From contig CM102290.1 of NCBI GenBank assembly GCA_046563655.1, positions 9,796,001 through 9,860,000 of the forward strand: a DNA stretch of 64,000 bases, written 5' to 3'. The DNA is from Yuukianura sp. NJ FZ-2021 (taxonomy: Eukaryota). Numbering within the stretch: the stretch's first letter is position 1; each line of letters starts with the position of its first letter. Positions 37,185-50,946 of the stretch are shown in pieces. Under the pieces are notes generated by a model, which ran no database searches, was not told where the DNA came from, and saw only the letters and a program-made list of their open reading frames with translations. The translations under genes and the position numbers were made by a program.

Positions 37185-38187
37185 TTAGGATTGAGGAGGA
37201 ATGGAGAGGAAAGCACTCCCGCTGGCAGCTGTACATGCCTTCATCGCGTTTTCGACCTTGCGGAAACCGTCCTTCACGCAGTCAATCTACAACAAAATAA
37301 GAGTTAAAAATTGATAAAGTTAGTCTTGAAAGCAGATCGTTTTTGAATTAAATGAGTGCTTACGCTGAGTTCGGCAACGGCCCACCATCCTTCGAGGTCA
37401 CATGGATGAAGCGGGTGTGGATCAGCATGACGACTCAAGTAGAAGTAAAGAAGTTCAGCGAATTGAGGGAGTTTGGACTCCAGAAGCAGTTTGCACTGTC
37501 CAACGAGAGATTCGATGTCTCCAATGATGAGTTCCGTAACAATCTCGTCAGCACAGACATATGTAAACCCGGTGTATTTGTCCACGTAGCTCGTCAAAAT
37601 AGCAGTCTCCTCCAAAAATTTTCGGCTGTAGAAAAATGAGAATTTAAAATTAAAATAGGGTAGAGAAGTTTTAGAAATCTAACCTCAAGTACTTACTGGT
37701 ATTCTCGATAAATTGCGTCGAGCTGCATTCCCTTGGCCGGTTTCCGGCGAGTAGTAGTTGGTCGTGGTGTTACTGGTCGGTCATCTTTAACCACTTTGGG
37801 CACAGCCTCACCTCGGCTTTCCGATGGCGGCATCAAGACTCTGTCCTCCGGTCCACTCAGCATGGGCAGACATGGCTTCTGAAGGACAGCGGTAGATGAC
37901 GAGGGGCCTTCAACCTCCACGACCTGGACCTTGACGGGGTCAACAACTCTCGCGTTCTGCGTCTTCATTGCTTCGTAATCCTGGTTTCGAAGAGCAACTT
38001 CCTTTTCTCGCTTGGTACGTTGGGCTTGGTTCAACTTGGCCGCTTTCGGATCTTCGCCGGCATCCTACAAAGAAAATGTGTTGTGAATGTCCAACTTTTG
38101 ATAAACAATTTGTAAAATGGACCAAACCTGTCGAGCAGCAACGGCGCAGCTTCTGGCCTGGACAAGTGGGTTGTAAGCTTGTGGCAT
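37185..38187 (-). CDS. Short GKAP-homology-domain protein (DLGAP/HURP/Mars-like), 4 coding exons, about 263 aa; start codon uncertain
   Basis: Exons 38187-38128, 38064-37697, 37625-37364, 37286-37185 join in frame (792 nt) with GT..AG introns. The C-terminal ESLVGQCKLLLESKLPQFAELL...CDLEGWWAVAELSIDCVKDGFRKV resembles the GKAP domain consensus (VGQAQLLMSQKFQQF...DLAGFWDLLQLSIEDI...F). Confidence 0.75.
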
Positions 38188-38714
38188 TGTATTAGTTGGA
38201 TGTAACCGGTTGTCAACTTCGGATAAAATGATGGTCAAAATCCGGGGAGCGCGGAAATATACGTCTTACTCTCTTCACTGTTCTCCGGCGACTGAGCTTC
38301 TTTCCTTGCGGTGGTAACGAGGTGTCTGCGTAATAAACAAACTTTTTCAAAGTTGTTGCAATCAGCCGTTGCTTGTTGCCATGGTGAGACTTACCGCAAT
38401 AATGAGAGACAATATAATGGTTTTCAGCATTTTACTGCCATGACGTTGTGGTCACGTTGCCCTGTTTACCTTTCGCGTTCTTAAACATAAATCCGCTTTA
38501 TTGTGAATTTTGAAATTCCACAAACATAAACAGGTTTAACAATAATTTGAACAAATAAGATTTAAAAATCCAACTAAAAATAGTAGTTTGCGTTGGCCGT
38601 CGATTTCGAACCACAATTCCGACAGAGATTCAAGTAAGGTCAATTTTGAGATACAAGGTTGCGTGCTTCGAGGACATAGAGTAACAACTAGGACGTTCAT
38701 TGACTAGACTCGCT

Positions 38715-41700
38715 TCAGCTGTGATGTCCAGAATCAGGCGGTTCTTTACTGCTGAACCCTATCATGAAGTCCTGCGTCAGACTAGAAGCTCTACGTCCTC
38801 TTTGCTCTGCAATGCGTCTCTCATCGTCAATGCAAGATGAGAGATTCTTCCGCTGAAGCTTAGCTAGATCGTTTTCAAAGAGCGCTTCGGAAGCGAGGAG
38901 CTTCTCACGCTGAATTTGTACGTTTATCTCACGAGGGACATCGGGGATTGCGAATGCCATCACTCCCGTCAACGCAAACGCTAAGTGCTTCAAATCAAAA
39001 CCAAAAAAGCATTGGTTCAGCGCCGCTTCTTGCGCGGCCAATAAGTTTGCATACTAAATAATTTAACATAAATTTAACACTTACCTCAAATACGGCGACG
39101 AATGCGAGTCGAGCTGCCATGATGTGCCAATACCTTTCCGACGGTTGCATCTCGTGAGTATGATTTGGTGGATTGTAGTAACCTCTGTAGCGACAGATAG
39201 GACTCGGCTCGCCTTCAAACGTCCTCTGATTATTGTAGGTGTATCCGCTCGTCGGAAACACTAATATTCGCAGAAACAAAAACACCAAAACTATTAAACT
39301 GTACGGACAACAAGTCTTCTAGAACAAAATCAATTACCTGAGAGTGACGAGTTGATATAGCCGTGGAGAGATGCGTTCTCATTGGTGTATTTGTATACGA
39401 GTCGGGGAATAATGTCACTCGTATAAGCTATCACAAAAGCCTGAAAGAAAAAAACCTTAATTGAAATTCTAATGAATAATTTATTCGAATGAAGCGTTTG
39501 CTTACGTTTGTAACAACAGCGGTGTATGTAATTCCTTGAAGAATTCCGTACCAAGCTCCAATGTCCTCGACTCTTTCAGCCAACGGTCGACGGAGTTGTG
39601 TAATCCACTTGTAGGCGTCAAGCCGGATCTCCACAATGTTGTTCAAGAGAGCGAAGAATGGGGCAAGCGGAAACGCTGCCACAAACAACGTCACAAATCC
39701 ATATTGGATGACCATTTCCAGGTATTCCTGCGCATCCAAACTTCGCAGTTTTAATCAATCATCTAACGTTTAGTAAGCTACAATTCTTACCTGGAAAAGG
39801 GCCAGCTGATCTACGCGTTTAAGGTTGAAGTCGTGCTCCCACCGAGTTAAGAACACTGGAGTGTTCGTCCGAGAGTCAACGACATTTGTGTAACGCACTC
39901 GTCTCCACCAATTCGAAAATTTTCTGTTTTAAACAAATGAAACAGGCTGCTAACTTACTGATTTTCATTGATTAAATGAAGTTGTCGGCAACTTACGGCA
40001 TAAAAAGTTCCATGAAATTGTTAAAAAACTGCTTTCCGACCATAATGATGGACAGCTGAATGAAAAGTTCCGAAAGGCAGCCTGCTGGATCACACATATC
40101 ACCTCGAATTTTCTCAAAAATAAAGTCTGGATTCTCTCCCGGATGTTTAAAGAATCGTCCCTACAAAACAAGAAAAGAAAACGAATAAGTAAATTGACCG
40201 TTGAAGTACTTATTCGAGCTATGTTACCTTAAAGAATGCAATGTAGATGAGGTATGAGTAGTAGTTGATGAATTGAAACAGAAACATTTTGAAAGTGAAG
40301 CTATCCTCATACTCTGTCTGAGTTCTTGGATATTCGTTGTTGGTGAGCCACAGAGCCAGGTTATAGTATACTTTCTGTAAGATTAACAAATAAAAATATT
40401 AGACAACAGTAATTATATTACCACACAGACAAGGTTAATGTGCAAAAGAGACGTACGTTATGGAGGAGGACAACGATAACCAGGTTGATAATGGCGGCAG
40501 AGACGGAAGTGATAATCTTTGCATTGTTTTGGAGGAAATCGTTATTGTCTTCTTGCGTTGTAGTGTAAATGACGGTCACCATTACGAGGCGGTAAACAAT
40601 TATTCCCACGACCACAAAGGCCACAATGAACATAAGAAGAAAGACGATTGAGCTGACGACGAGCATGCGCACTGCCTTTGTCCAAAACGATAAGTATGGC
40701 TCTGGAGACTGTGTTACCGGGTTGATTCGAAAGGTTTTCACTGCCGCTTCGAATTCAGGTCTTGGCTCCTCCTCAACTTCATATGCCTTCAAATCCCACT
40801 CCCAGGAAATTACAGCTTGTTTCCTCTTCCAGAACTCCAGAAATGAGGTAGCTGAAAACCATTGCAAAATTTCAAACCCCGTTTCTCTTTTAACACCTAG
40901 GGAAATAACATACCCCAGAAGGCCATGAAGACTGCAAAGAATACTGTGGCGGGATTATCAAAGAAGTACGTCAGTTTTGAGAACGTGCATGAGTCATCAA
41001 GTGCCCACAGTTGACAATGGCCACAAAGCGGACACATAATAATTTTCTCGCCACTAGCACAGATTTCCTTACTAAAATTCATCATAAAGTCAGTTAGACC
41101 TTCTTAAAATTAAACCAAAAGCCAAGGTCAAAGGTAACGAACTCTTACCTGGGAGTGTTGTAGTCCGAGTCAATTGAGGCAATGCCAAAGAGGAAGCAGA
41201 GAATGCCCACGATGGAAGCTGGAACTAGCATTCCCGTGTAGTAGCCCAACCAAGCAAAGTAGAGGCCGACCTTGTCACCAAAGTAGCGGCGTATGAGCCA
41301 GAGGGGTTGGCGCTTGTACCAATTTGAGAAATGGGCCCATTCCGTGTACAGTAACTGGTAAATGAACATGAATTTCAGCATAATTGGCTTCTATACTATA
41401 ATTCGTACCTTGTAAACATAGATTCTCATTTTCTTTACCCGACGGTCATTAGGCTCTCCATTTTGCTCAGAGTCATCGTATGGGCCCTCATGCAATGGAT
41501 ACGCAGCAGTATCTGTAAAAAGGTAAGAAATTCAATGTCTAACTGATCAAACTAAGCCTCAAACACTATTCAAGTTAATTATAAAACAGTGTCAAAAAAT
41601 CAACAACATTTGATTTTCCAATTTTGAAGTGGAGATGAAAAGGTTGGAACTTTCTCAAATTTAGATTCTCCAATTCAAAAGAACATCGTTCATCAATTGA

Positions 41701-44700
41701 TTAACGATATTACAATAGTAACCCACTCCCACTGGACTTGTAATTATCAATTCTAAAGGTCATTCCGGTTTTAACTAAACAGAAACTTACATGTTGCATC
41801 GTTCAATAGACGACGGATTCCCATCTGAAAAGAAATAAATCAACACCTCCCTAATAACTCGTCAGAAATTCGATTTAGAAGACAGCGTACCTTGTCCCTC
41901 GCACTGTCATCGTATCTGACCCTCGTCATAATTTTCCAAACGATTTGACTCCTTTGAGCAGTGGTGAAAAACGTCTCTCTGTCTTTGATAATGAAACTGA
42001 AATTTTGAAACAACAATTACGAAATGAAACCATCAAAAAATGTTGCAGACATATTGAAAAAGCACTTTACCATTCCTCTTTTTGACGAGAGAACGAAGCC
42101 ATGAAGAAGGAAGGTTCTTCAGGAATACGTTCGTGGTTATAGTCGAACATTTCCATGTTCATCCATGAATTCCACCAGTTTTTCTTTTCAGTCCCTTCAG
42201 ACTTCTCCTAAAAACCAAAAACGCAAAAACAATTCTAGAGTTCTCCGACAGCCATGTTTTTCATGTCACCATATATAGGCCAAAATTGTAACGTTTGATT
42301 CTAGGTCTTGCTCAAATGTTCAAGGTTTTAATTAAAAGTAAACAACTCACCCAGGCTTTGTAGGATATAGAGATCAATTTCTGAAAATAAACACAAAGTC
42401 ATTTCCATAATTCGATTTTCTTGGTCATATTCGAAACCCTACAAAAAGACGCTAGAGACAAAAGATTTCAGTAACCAAAGAATTTCTTTACGAATCCCAC
42501 ACGAATTTCCAATTATAGGGTCATTCCACATTTCAGAAAATTGTTTTCAATTCAATTTTGGGTTAGTTCTGAATACCGTGACATTATACTCGATTTATCT
42601 GAATAGCGGTGTACAAGGTGAGGACGGAACATACGTCGTCTCGTCACTTTGTATTGGAGCATAAAGGTCAGACGAAATAAGTTCGCCTCGTACAGGCCAC
42701 ATTTGTCACACCACATCACGCTTAATCTACCACATCCAAAAATGCACAACTGGAGCCGGAATTTCATTTTCTACAAAACTGGAACTACAACATTCAGAAT
42801 TTGGACATGCAGAAAATCCAATTCTGAAAAAAACGTAGTCATCGACTTTGGAAATTTTCCGACAATTGGATGCCACATTTCTCGCCCAAGAAAAATTACA
42901 ACTGATGTCATCACCTTCCTTTGGACGGCACAGATCTCAATCTGCCTCAGTTCGGCTTAAAAGAAGGTTGATTGATTTGGTTCCAATTTGCGAAGGGAGG
43001 CGAGCCTGGTGACCTTTACAAGTGCTTTTGTTGCTGGACTTTCTGTTTCATTTTTTCTTATGTAAATTCTCCCCTAGACACCTTTCACTCACTTTTCCCT
43101 TCATTCGTAATGCAAATTGACTCACTTTGATTGGCATCTTCATGTTCATAATTTCCGCATACTTCGTCAGCACGGCCCACGGAGCATGGATTTTCACGAA
43201 ATGCGTTCGAGACTCTTGTCCAAACTGAAAAGGACAAAACAGAACAGTTGAAGTCACCTTTGACCTTGACCCAGTCACAGTAGGAACCACTGGTTGCTAT
43301 CCAGTTGACCTCCAAATTTCCCGAAAAATTCAAAATGGATGACCTTCCTCATCACTTAACTTAATGATTTCAATTTCAAGATTAACATTACCCGCTTCGA
43401 AGGATCCGGATTTTCCATTTCAATTTCAAGTCCGTCGTTGACGAGGTTCCGTAAAAATGTCTTTCGACGCATGTCCTTCAAAAAGTCAAGGTCATCTTCA
43501 TAGGCCAGAATCATGTCAATTCGTCGCATTCCATCTTGAAAGTAGAGTGTGTCTCGATACGTTTCAGTGCTCTGCAAACAGAATATAAAAATAATATACT
43601 AAAATAGTACCGATAAGGTGGATTGACCTCTGACCTTTCCTAGTTTTGAGAAGTGCAAGCGAATAGTGACTTGACTCCTCCCACAAAACTTCTTTTCCAA
43701 GTATGGGGGAATTGTCGTCACAATTCACTTACTTTCTAAAGTGTTCTGAGTAAACATATTCCACATGAATTGATGGTGGAAACGTCGAAACTCGAAAGGT
43801 GTACTCAACTCAAGCCTTTCTTTTTTTTTTAAATTGCCAGTTTGAATTCCCTAGTAAATATTTGTTCAGGAACAAAGAGAGTTATGTTCAGAACTTACCG
43901 TTTTGCTCGAAATGGAGTGAGATCTGAGTTGTCGCTTTGACCCAGCCGATGGAGTTGTACAGCGACTCTCCATGTCACTTTCTGGAATGAGTCCTGGATT
44001 CATAAAACCAACTTTTGACCTTCCTCCGTGTCGACTTCCTACTTGTGACCTTCGACCATTAGGAATCTCGTTGTCTAAAATTCAAAACATAAGCTCCGTA
44101 AAAACTCAGAAAAATATTTCCGAGGAATCATTTTAAAACTTCAAGAAACACTGCTTCAAAATATTTTAAAATGCTTAGAATTCATAAAAATTTGAAAAAA
44201 CTAGGTTTCCGTTTTACGAAGAAAAAAAATGGTATTAAAAGGTTCAGTCAGAAGAGAGGCGTGGTTTAAGTTTTCTTATGCTCGCTTGCCATTATGTCTT
44301 TTACTTTTTAAAATCCATTGCAACGTAAGACCTCAAATTGCAAATTCCCACAGTGTTGATATTGATTTTTTGAAATGTTGTTTTTCAAGAACTCATCCAC
44401 ATAGCATGCAACATATCAGTTCGTTTTTTGAACAACTCAGGCATGATGTTCGACGTTTTGCTCCCATTTGGCATTGAAAATTGTCCATTTTCACTCAACT
44501 CGCCTAAAAAATCTCGGTTTGTCCCAAAAACAGAGACACTAGTGAATGGAAATAAAGCATAAGTGGGTTAGACTTTGTTCCAAAATGAGAGTCATTATCC
44601 ATAGAACAAGGCGGGAATGAAATTGGGCACTTTTCCCAATTAGACTTTTAGTTTCCCTGGAGAAAGTAACGTTCCTGAACAAAATCCAGTAAAGTTACTT

Positions 44701-45804
44701 ACTAGAAATCCATTTGGTGGTAATTGATGAGCTCAAGGAGGAAGCCAAACCACACTCTATTATCAACCTTGAGAGAAGGTATTTTATAAACTTGCGGTAA
44801 TGCTTCCGCAAAGCCTTCATTCCGAAACGAAGGCAAATCCAGGCAAAATTCAAAATTATTTTGAAAATGTATTTTCTAATTTTCTAAAAAGTTTTTTTTT
44901 CCGTGTGTGGAAAATTGAAGCATTCGTTCCACCCACTTTTCCTTTAGAAGTCTTTTTCAGTTAGAAGTCTTTTACTGCACTTTCCATAAGTCTTAGGTTC
45001 ATCAAATATGCACGGTGGGCAAAAGTGTAGGTGGGCCTAAAACTGACGTTTCTTTTTACCAAACGTCTACAATTTCAACAAATACATTGAAACACCATTC
45101 CTGGAAGGCCAAAAGCAGAAGGTCAGGGGTCAAAAATATTCTTTATCCTGATACGTTGCTCAAAATCCAAAATACGACAAATCAAAATAACGAAAAGTCA
45201 GTTTGAATTTACGTCGGATGCCTCACTTTCAAAGTTTTTGGTGGTGTTGGTAAAGGAAAACATTGGAAAAAGAACTTTTCGCTCGTAACTTCCAAAATTT
45301 TGAAATTTTCAAATTTAAAAACGCCTAATGAAGAAAAAAAAATGTAGGATGCTTACCTGGAATGGCCGTAGTTTGTTGATCGTAAGTGAGTGACCCAAGG
45401 TGATTGACAAACTGTTGATAGTTGGATGCATTGAATCCGTCGACCACTGGGGGTTGCAAACACGACAATTGACCTGGACTAACTCGGCTCCGGGCCGACA
45501 GAATCTGGTTGGGAAACGTAGAGGTTTGACTCATGCGCCTGCCGCTGATGGAGCTGCCAGAAGCAGTGCCAGGGTCAAAGGCAGTCTTCGGTGGTTCTAT
45601 CCACGTTGGAAATTCACGAATGACGAGCTTGTGTTGCTGCGGTAGGCGTGTGTCGCTGAAGCTCTCTCCGCCACTGTCCAGATCTTGAACCCACAACTGC
45701 TCAGTACTTCCAGCACTGGTTCCCCCTCGTGACGGCGGCGGAATTGCCAATCGAGCACGAGTTTCCGTTGACATTGTCCGATCGTAGATGAGTGACAGAC
45801 TCAT
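38715..45804 (-). CDS. Anoctamin (TMEM16) Ca2+-activated chloride channel/scramblase, 19 exons, about 1086 aa
   Basis: Exons 45804-45357, 44074-43899, 43571-43392, 43224-43126, 42380-42351, 42207-42071, 41996-41891, 41824-41791, 41512-41439, 41354-41149, 41071-40914, 40851-40457, 40374-40228, 40160-39997, 39923-39791, 39727-39506, 39440-39338, 39260-39085, 38987-38715 give a continuous 3261-nt frame. Motifs include [68 protein letters not shown] and [10 protein letters not shown], with the acidic Ca2+-site residues intact. The first exon and start codon are less certain. Confidence 0.93.
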
Positions 45805-47191
45805 GTCAGAAGGTCAAGAGTGTTGCTCGAACTCCGTGAGGTTATGGTTGTGTTGACCTTAACCTACCAAGAGACGCATCTTGATTGCACTGCTTCTCAA
45901 CAAGTACTGTGACCAAAATGTTCCAGTGCTGTAGACCGGGGAGAGTTCCAATACCGTCGTCATTATGTTCACCTGGCAGGACCTTGAGGATTCCAGAGGG
46001 AAATCGAGCAACGACAAATAAAGCACGAGCTCATTAGAAATTAACAACGTTCGATTCCTAACCCTTCCCTCAGTCCATTCCTATCTAAATGCCAAAGCGT
46101 CATTAGCTGTAAGGCAAACAACGCTTAATCGAACAGATCTAAAACAGTTTCTAAAAAACAAATTCATCTACCACTCCGCTCCACCAAATGCCAATGGGCG
46201 TCTGTTCAAACACAAATTATAATTGTCACACGAACATAATTAAAAAAAATATCTAATTAATTGCGCCATTTTTAGCAACGGTTGGAAGCAATTCAATTCT
46301 CCGCAGCAAAATTACACTAAAACGCAAAATAAAGATCGTACTACAAAACAAAACAAAACCAATAAGCAGGGAAACCTAAGCTGAAGACGAATTGTTAAAG
46401 AATTTTAGAACACAAGCTGAGAACAAATTCTTGACGTTTGGATAACATATTTCATCCGGAAGAAAAGGCTAGGCAGAATGGATAGAAATGGGTACCTCCA
46501 TACTTCCGCCTAATAATTTGATGTCTGTGGTAGAAATACTTTATCCATCCCACAACACTGCTCACACAAGCACATTGTGGTGAACCATGAAGTAGAATGT
46601 CAGACATTTCTGAATGGAAAAATAAAAAAGCTGACCTTTGACCCGTGAGGAAAGCATTTTGTGTTGACAAAAATTTGAAGTATTTTTTATACTATAGATT
46701 AAATATAACGGCAAGCAGCTAACTACTCAGTGTTCGAGTAGAATGGTGAAAGGAAGCATAGTAAGAAAAAAGTAAAAGAAAGCAACCCGCCACCGGAAAA
46801 GAGTTTTCAACACTTGAAGTTTAATTTCAACTTTAGTACGTTGATTACAATTAACGCTTAGGAAATTTGAACGTCCAGGAAGCGTTCACAACGACTATTC
46901 CTAGTCTGATCAATCACAGCTTTGAATGGACTAATTACGATATTGAATGGATTAAAAGTATTCCATGGAATTGAGTTCTTGACCCTACCAGACCTTTGAC
47001 CCTACACCACCAAAAACAGGAAAATTAAGTCTTTACATTCTAAAAAAATTGCTTGTTTTCCACACTTTCCCCAAACCGGAGAAAAGTTTGTAGAAGTAAA
47101 ACGTGCAAATTTTGACTCCCACCCAAAAATAAATACTCTTTTAGAAACATTTTTTAGTTTTAGCCTAATCATACCCTAATCTCCTCAGATT

Positions 47192-50100
47192 TCAGTAATC
47201 TTCAGCCATAATTAGCAAGACTAGCGATGACCATCCAGTAAAAGGGCGACAGCCCTTGCCCTCCCCGGTCTTGTCATCGTACTGTTCCCAAATGTACCCA
47301 GTTCTCCAGTACTCTCTCATCACATTCCGCATGACCCCTTCACGCAATTTCTCGTACTTGGACAGAGCAACGGCCTTGAAAGGCCCAGCCTCCTCGGAAT
47401 ACGTTTTAAGCGCCTTCAGAGCAAGGAAATTGATGTTGATCCAAATGGGGTTTCTCCAGTACGGTGGATCATGTTCAGTGTTGCGAGTTTTGTACAATGG
47501 AGCCGAAGCTGCTAGCGAACGTAAGCCGAAGGGTGTCCATAGCAGGTTTGGATCGTCAAGGCGTTCCAACAATGACCCGAGTCGTTCTGAGTCTGCTCTC
47601 AGTAAGCGCAGAAGCATAGGAAAGAGGCTCAGGTAACCAAAAGCGTTCACAAACCTTGGGGTCGGCGGGTCGTCCACCTTTCGAACCATGATGGTCGGTG
47701 GCGGTGGCTGGCCTTGCCGACGAGGTTCCGTGTCTTCAGAGACGAGTCGAACGGCTCTTGAATGAAGTCCAAAATCAGCAAACGTTCCCAATTCATCGGA
47801 CCAATGCAAAACGTCCAGCAGCTCTGGGTCTGCCAGCGCTTCGTACATGGCTTCATAACGTTGCGAATCGTGACCAATAAGTTCTGCTAAATCTCTCATC
47901 AGTTTAGAACTTACGGCCATCCAGCATCGCAGGTCCAAGTGACGTTCTTCAACTGATGGATGAGAGGCTCTAGGATAGTCGTCTAGACCGGACGCAAGTG
48001 TTTTTGGGTTGAGCTCCAGACGAGTCGTCTCATTTCTGCCTCTCCATCTACATAAATAATGCAAATAATACGCTGATGTCAGGTAATTACGCTAGATTTT
48101 ACACTGATTACTTAATAAAATTAGTTTCTTCACCTGTAAGTAGTTGGTATTTCACCTCCTTGTGTTCTGTTTAGCCAGTTGAACCATGATGTGAGGCGTG
48201 GCCACATCCTTCCAAGCGTGTCCTTATGATTTTGGAGAAGCCACTCACCATGTCTTCCCAGAAGATCCGCCAGGGCAATGATAAGTGTCGGAGGATTTGC
48301 GACGTCGTTCCTCTGTACCACGTATTCTTCTGGAACACGAATCTGAGCCTCCTCTCCAAGGATTTCCTCCCGTGGGATCCAACCTTCCACGTTCATTAAA
48401 TCCAACCAGTGTGAAATTATATCCAACGATATTTCTGGACTCCATTTGTTTAGTAGCAGAAGATGAAATCCTTCGTCCCAAAGAAATCCACGTGGAAAGA
48501 AACTTCTAGACGGAACTGCGGTGTAGAGACTTGCTGTCCAGTAAGCCACAGGGTTCTCGTTATAAATAGATTGGACTCGAGAGTTACCCGTAAAGTACCC
48601 AATTCCTCCGACCAAATTACTCAAAGCAGCTTTTCCAAACTCAATTTCAGAGTTGTTGAATTTCTTCCGCTGCAGATGAAAAGTTTCTTCAAATGTTGTG
48701 TCAAACGTTTTCCTAAACAGATAAAGAAAAATTCCGTGCTTTAGCATTTCCATTTCAAAAAATGAGTTTCTAAAGATTATAATCTTACTTGTACTCTTCA
48801 AGTGTCTCGGAATAAACAACTCCAGTCAGAGATGAGGGTCGATTGAAGAAGCTGGAAGACTCAAAAGCAACTTCTAAAGTGAAGGGAGTTTTGACATGAA
48901 CCTGAAAAAAGTAACAGTGAAAATTAGGACTGACGATTCGTGTATAATCAGAACATCAGTAGAATATTTTGCGAATGTTAAAGCTGAACGTCCTCACTTG
49001 ATATACAATGAGATTGGGATCAGCGACTTTTGTTGCAAGATCTTCTTTTTGGAATCCATATAAAACACGATCTCCTTTACGACTGGCTTCCATACTTCGT
49101 AAACTTATGTCCGAAATATGGTTGAGCGATGCCACTCGAGTTACGAGTTTAGACGAATGAATTACTTTTCCACTATTCTCAAATCTGTTTTCAAATAATA
49201 ACAAATGATATTCAGTGAACAAATAGACGAAAATAATTTGCACTTTGGAAGATCCAGTCTTACCGAAGTAGAAAGTTTCCAAGCTCAGGCGTTTGTCCAC
49301 GAATCCCTGTAAGCAACCTTTGGTTTACTTGTTCTGGGTCAAGGGTTCCATCCTGTCCTGGTTCCTTGGCTAGGTAGAAAAATAGTAGAATCTCGTCCTC
49401 ATTTGGTTTTGTAACTTTACCCTAGTAAAGAAACAAATTAATTAAGTTATGTCTTAAAGTTGATATGAAATGGCCTCCAAAAGCTGAAATTCACAAACAA
49501 ACTTACAATTGTTTCAACAACAATTCTTGCTGTCCAATCTCCACCGTGCTTCCCACCTTCTCTCTTGACGAAAGAAGTAGTTAATTTCATTTGCTCATCA
49601 GTAATTTCTTGAATCCCAAAATTTACACCGTCGTGCATTAGCCAGCCGTATTTCCGCAGATTGTCACCCTGCTGGCAAAGGTGTCTAAATCAAAACAGTT
49701 AAAATTGATCATGCTGAATCCCTGGTTGTAAAGCTTGCTCAAACGACTTACCGTAATTTCGGATCGCCTGGACGCATTTGAGCCGGCTGAAGCCACATGA
49801 GACCGAGGGCAACGGACTTTGGTGTCCGATGTTTTAGTCCGAAATAAACTCCAGACCGATATGTTCCCCAAAACCGACTCGGAACGTCCAGACCCGACTT
49901 GACTAGAACCTACAGAAGGGAATATAGTACCTTGTAAACCCATAACTCAACACTACTTAAACCCTACATGATCAGTTGTATGGTCAGTTTAATACTTACT
50001 TTTGGAGTATCATGTGGTGTATGTATCCGTGTTTCCAAGTAGCCGCGATACACAATCGAAAAGACTACACCGATAAGAACAATTCCGACAAGTGACAATG

Positions 50101-50329
50101 TGAACCTGAAAAACAAAACGATTTAGCAGCTCTGAGCGGAATTCGTACAGAACTTCACACAAATTCAATTGATTATCACATACGGTAATGGAAATCGGCC
50201 CTTTTTGTCATCTTCTTGTCTTCGCCTGCTTTTCCTGCCTTGTGCTTTGTGCATGTCGTTGGGTTGATCAGTAATTTCAACTTTCTTAGCCGGTCCTCCA
50301 GATTTCTTTCCCGGTCCAGATCTCCGCAT
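47192..50329 (-). CDS. MOGS: Mannosyl-oligosaccharide glucosidase (glucosidase I, GH63), 9 exons, about 826 aa
   Basis: Exons 50329-50184, 50105-50000 (TM anchor), 49909-49752 ([14 protein letters not shown]), 49684-49507, 49421-49264, 49184-48998, 48901-48789, 48712-48134 ([28 protein letters not shown]), 48047-47192 ([34 protein letters not shown]) join in frame (2481 nt). Confidence 0.95.
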
Positions 50330-50863
50330 GTTCACTCGATTAACAACCACGACTCACTCAATACTTAGATAACTGTAGAAAAACTTAGCAAGTTAATTAC
50401 CTATTTCAATTGAATATAAAAAGAACTCATAATCAACAACCCATAAAACTCGTGTAAACAAGTAACTCACATTTTCCTTTCATGAGACCGCTTACAAAAC
50501 CCGACTTTCTAACTGAAGACAGCTGTATGTTCGGAATACGTTGACTTTTCTCGATTGCCCAACAAAGTCACAATCGCTAGTAGTGAAATTAAACTACTAA
50601 TTAAATGTAATCAATCGTCTTTTATAATTTTAGGAAAAGCAGGCTTTCCTCTGTTTCGGTTTTGTTTGCGTCAAAGAAAAAAGCATCCTAGTTGAAGCGA
50701 CAAAGGGTAAGGAACACTGTTAATGAAAACTTTCACTTCCCCCCTCTCCCTCCCCGCGATTTGAAGGAGTGGAATTTGAGTTCTTGGGTGGTCACTGGTA
50801 TAGCTTAGGCGTAATGTGGAGTGATTTTGCTTCCCGCCGTCACCTGATATATGGTGATATACG

Positions 50864-50946
50864 GAGGCCGATTCTGACGCTTCGATTGGCTGTTGAGGCC
50901 GATTCTGAGAGCCTGATTGGTTCTGTATCTAAACCTACTTATAAAA
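50864..50946 (+). promoter_or_regulatory. Promoter-like module: duplicated 31-bp unit with inverted CCAAT boxes followed by a TATA box
   Basis: GAGGCCGATTCTGA at 50864 and 50895, GATTGG at 50884 and 50915, TATAAAA at 50940-50946. Confidence 0.4.

Noticed and set aside
42552..42960. Possible nested gene in the anoctamin intron
   Set aside because: No frame gave a recognisable protein or a consistent exon structure.
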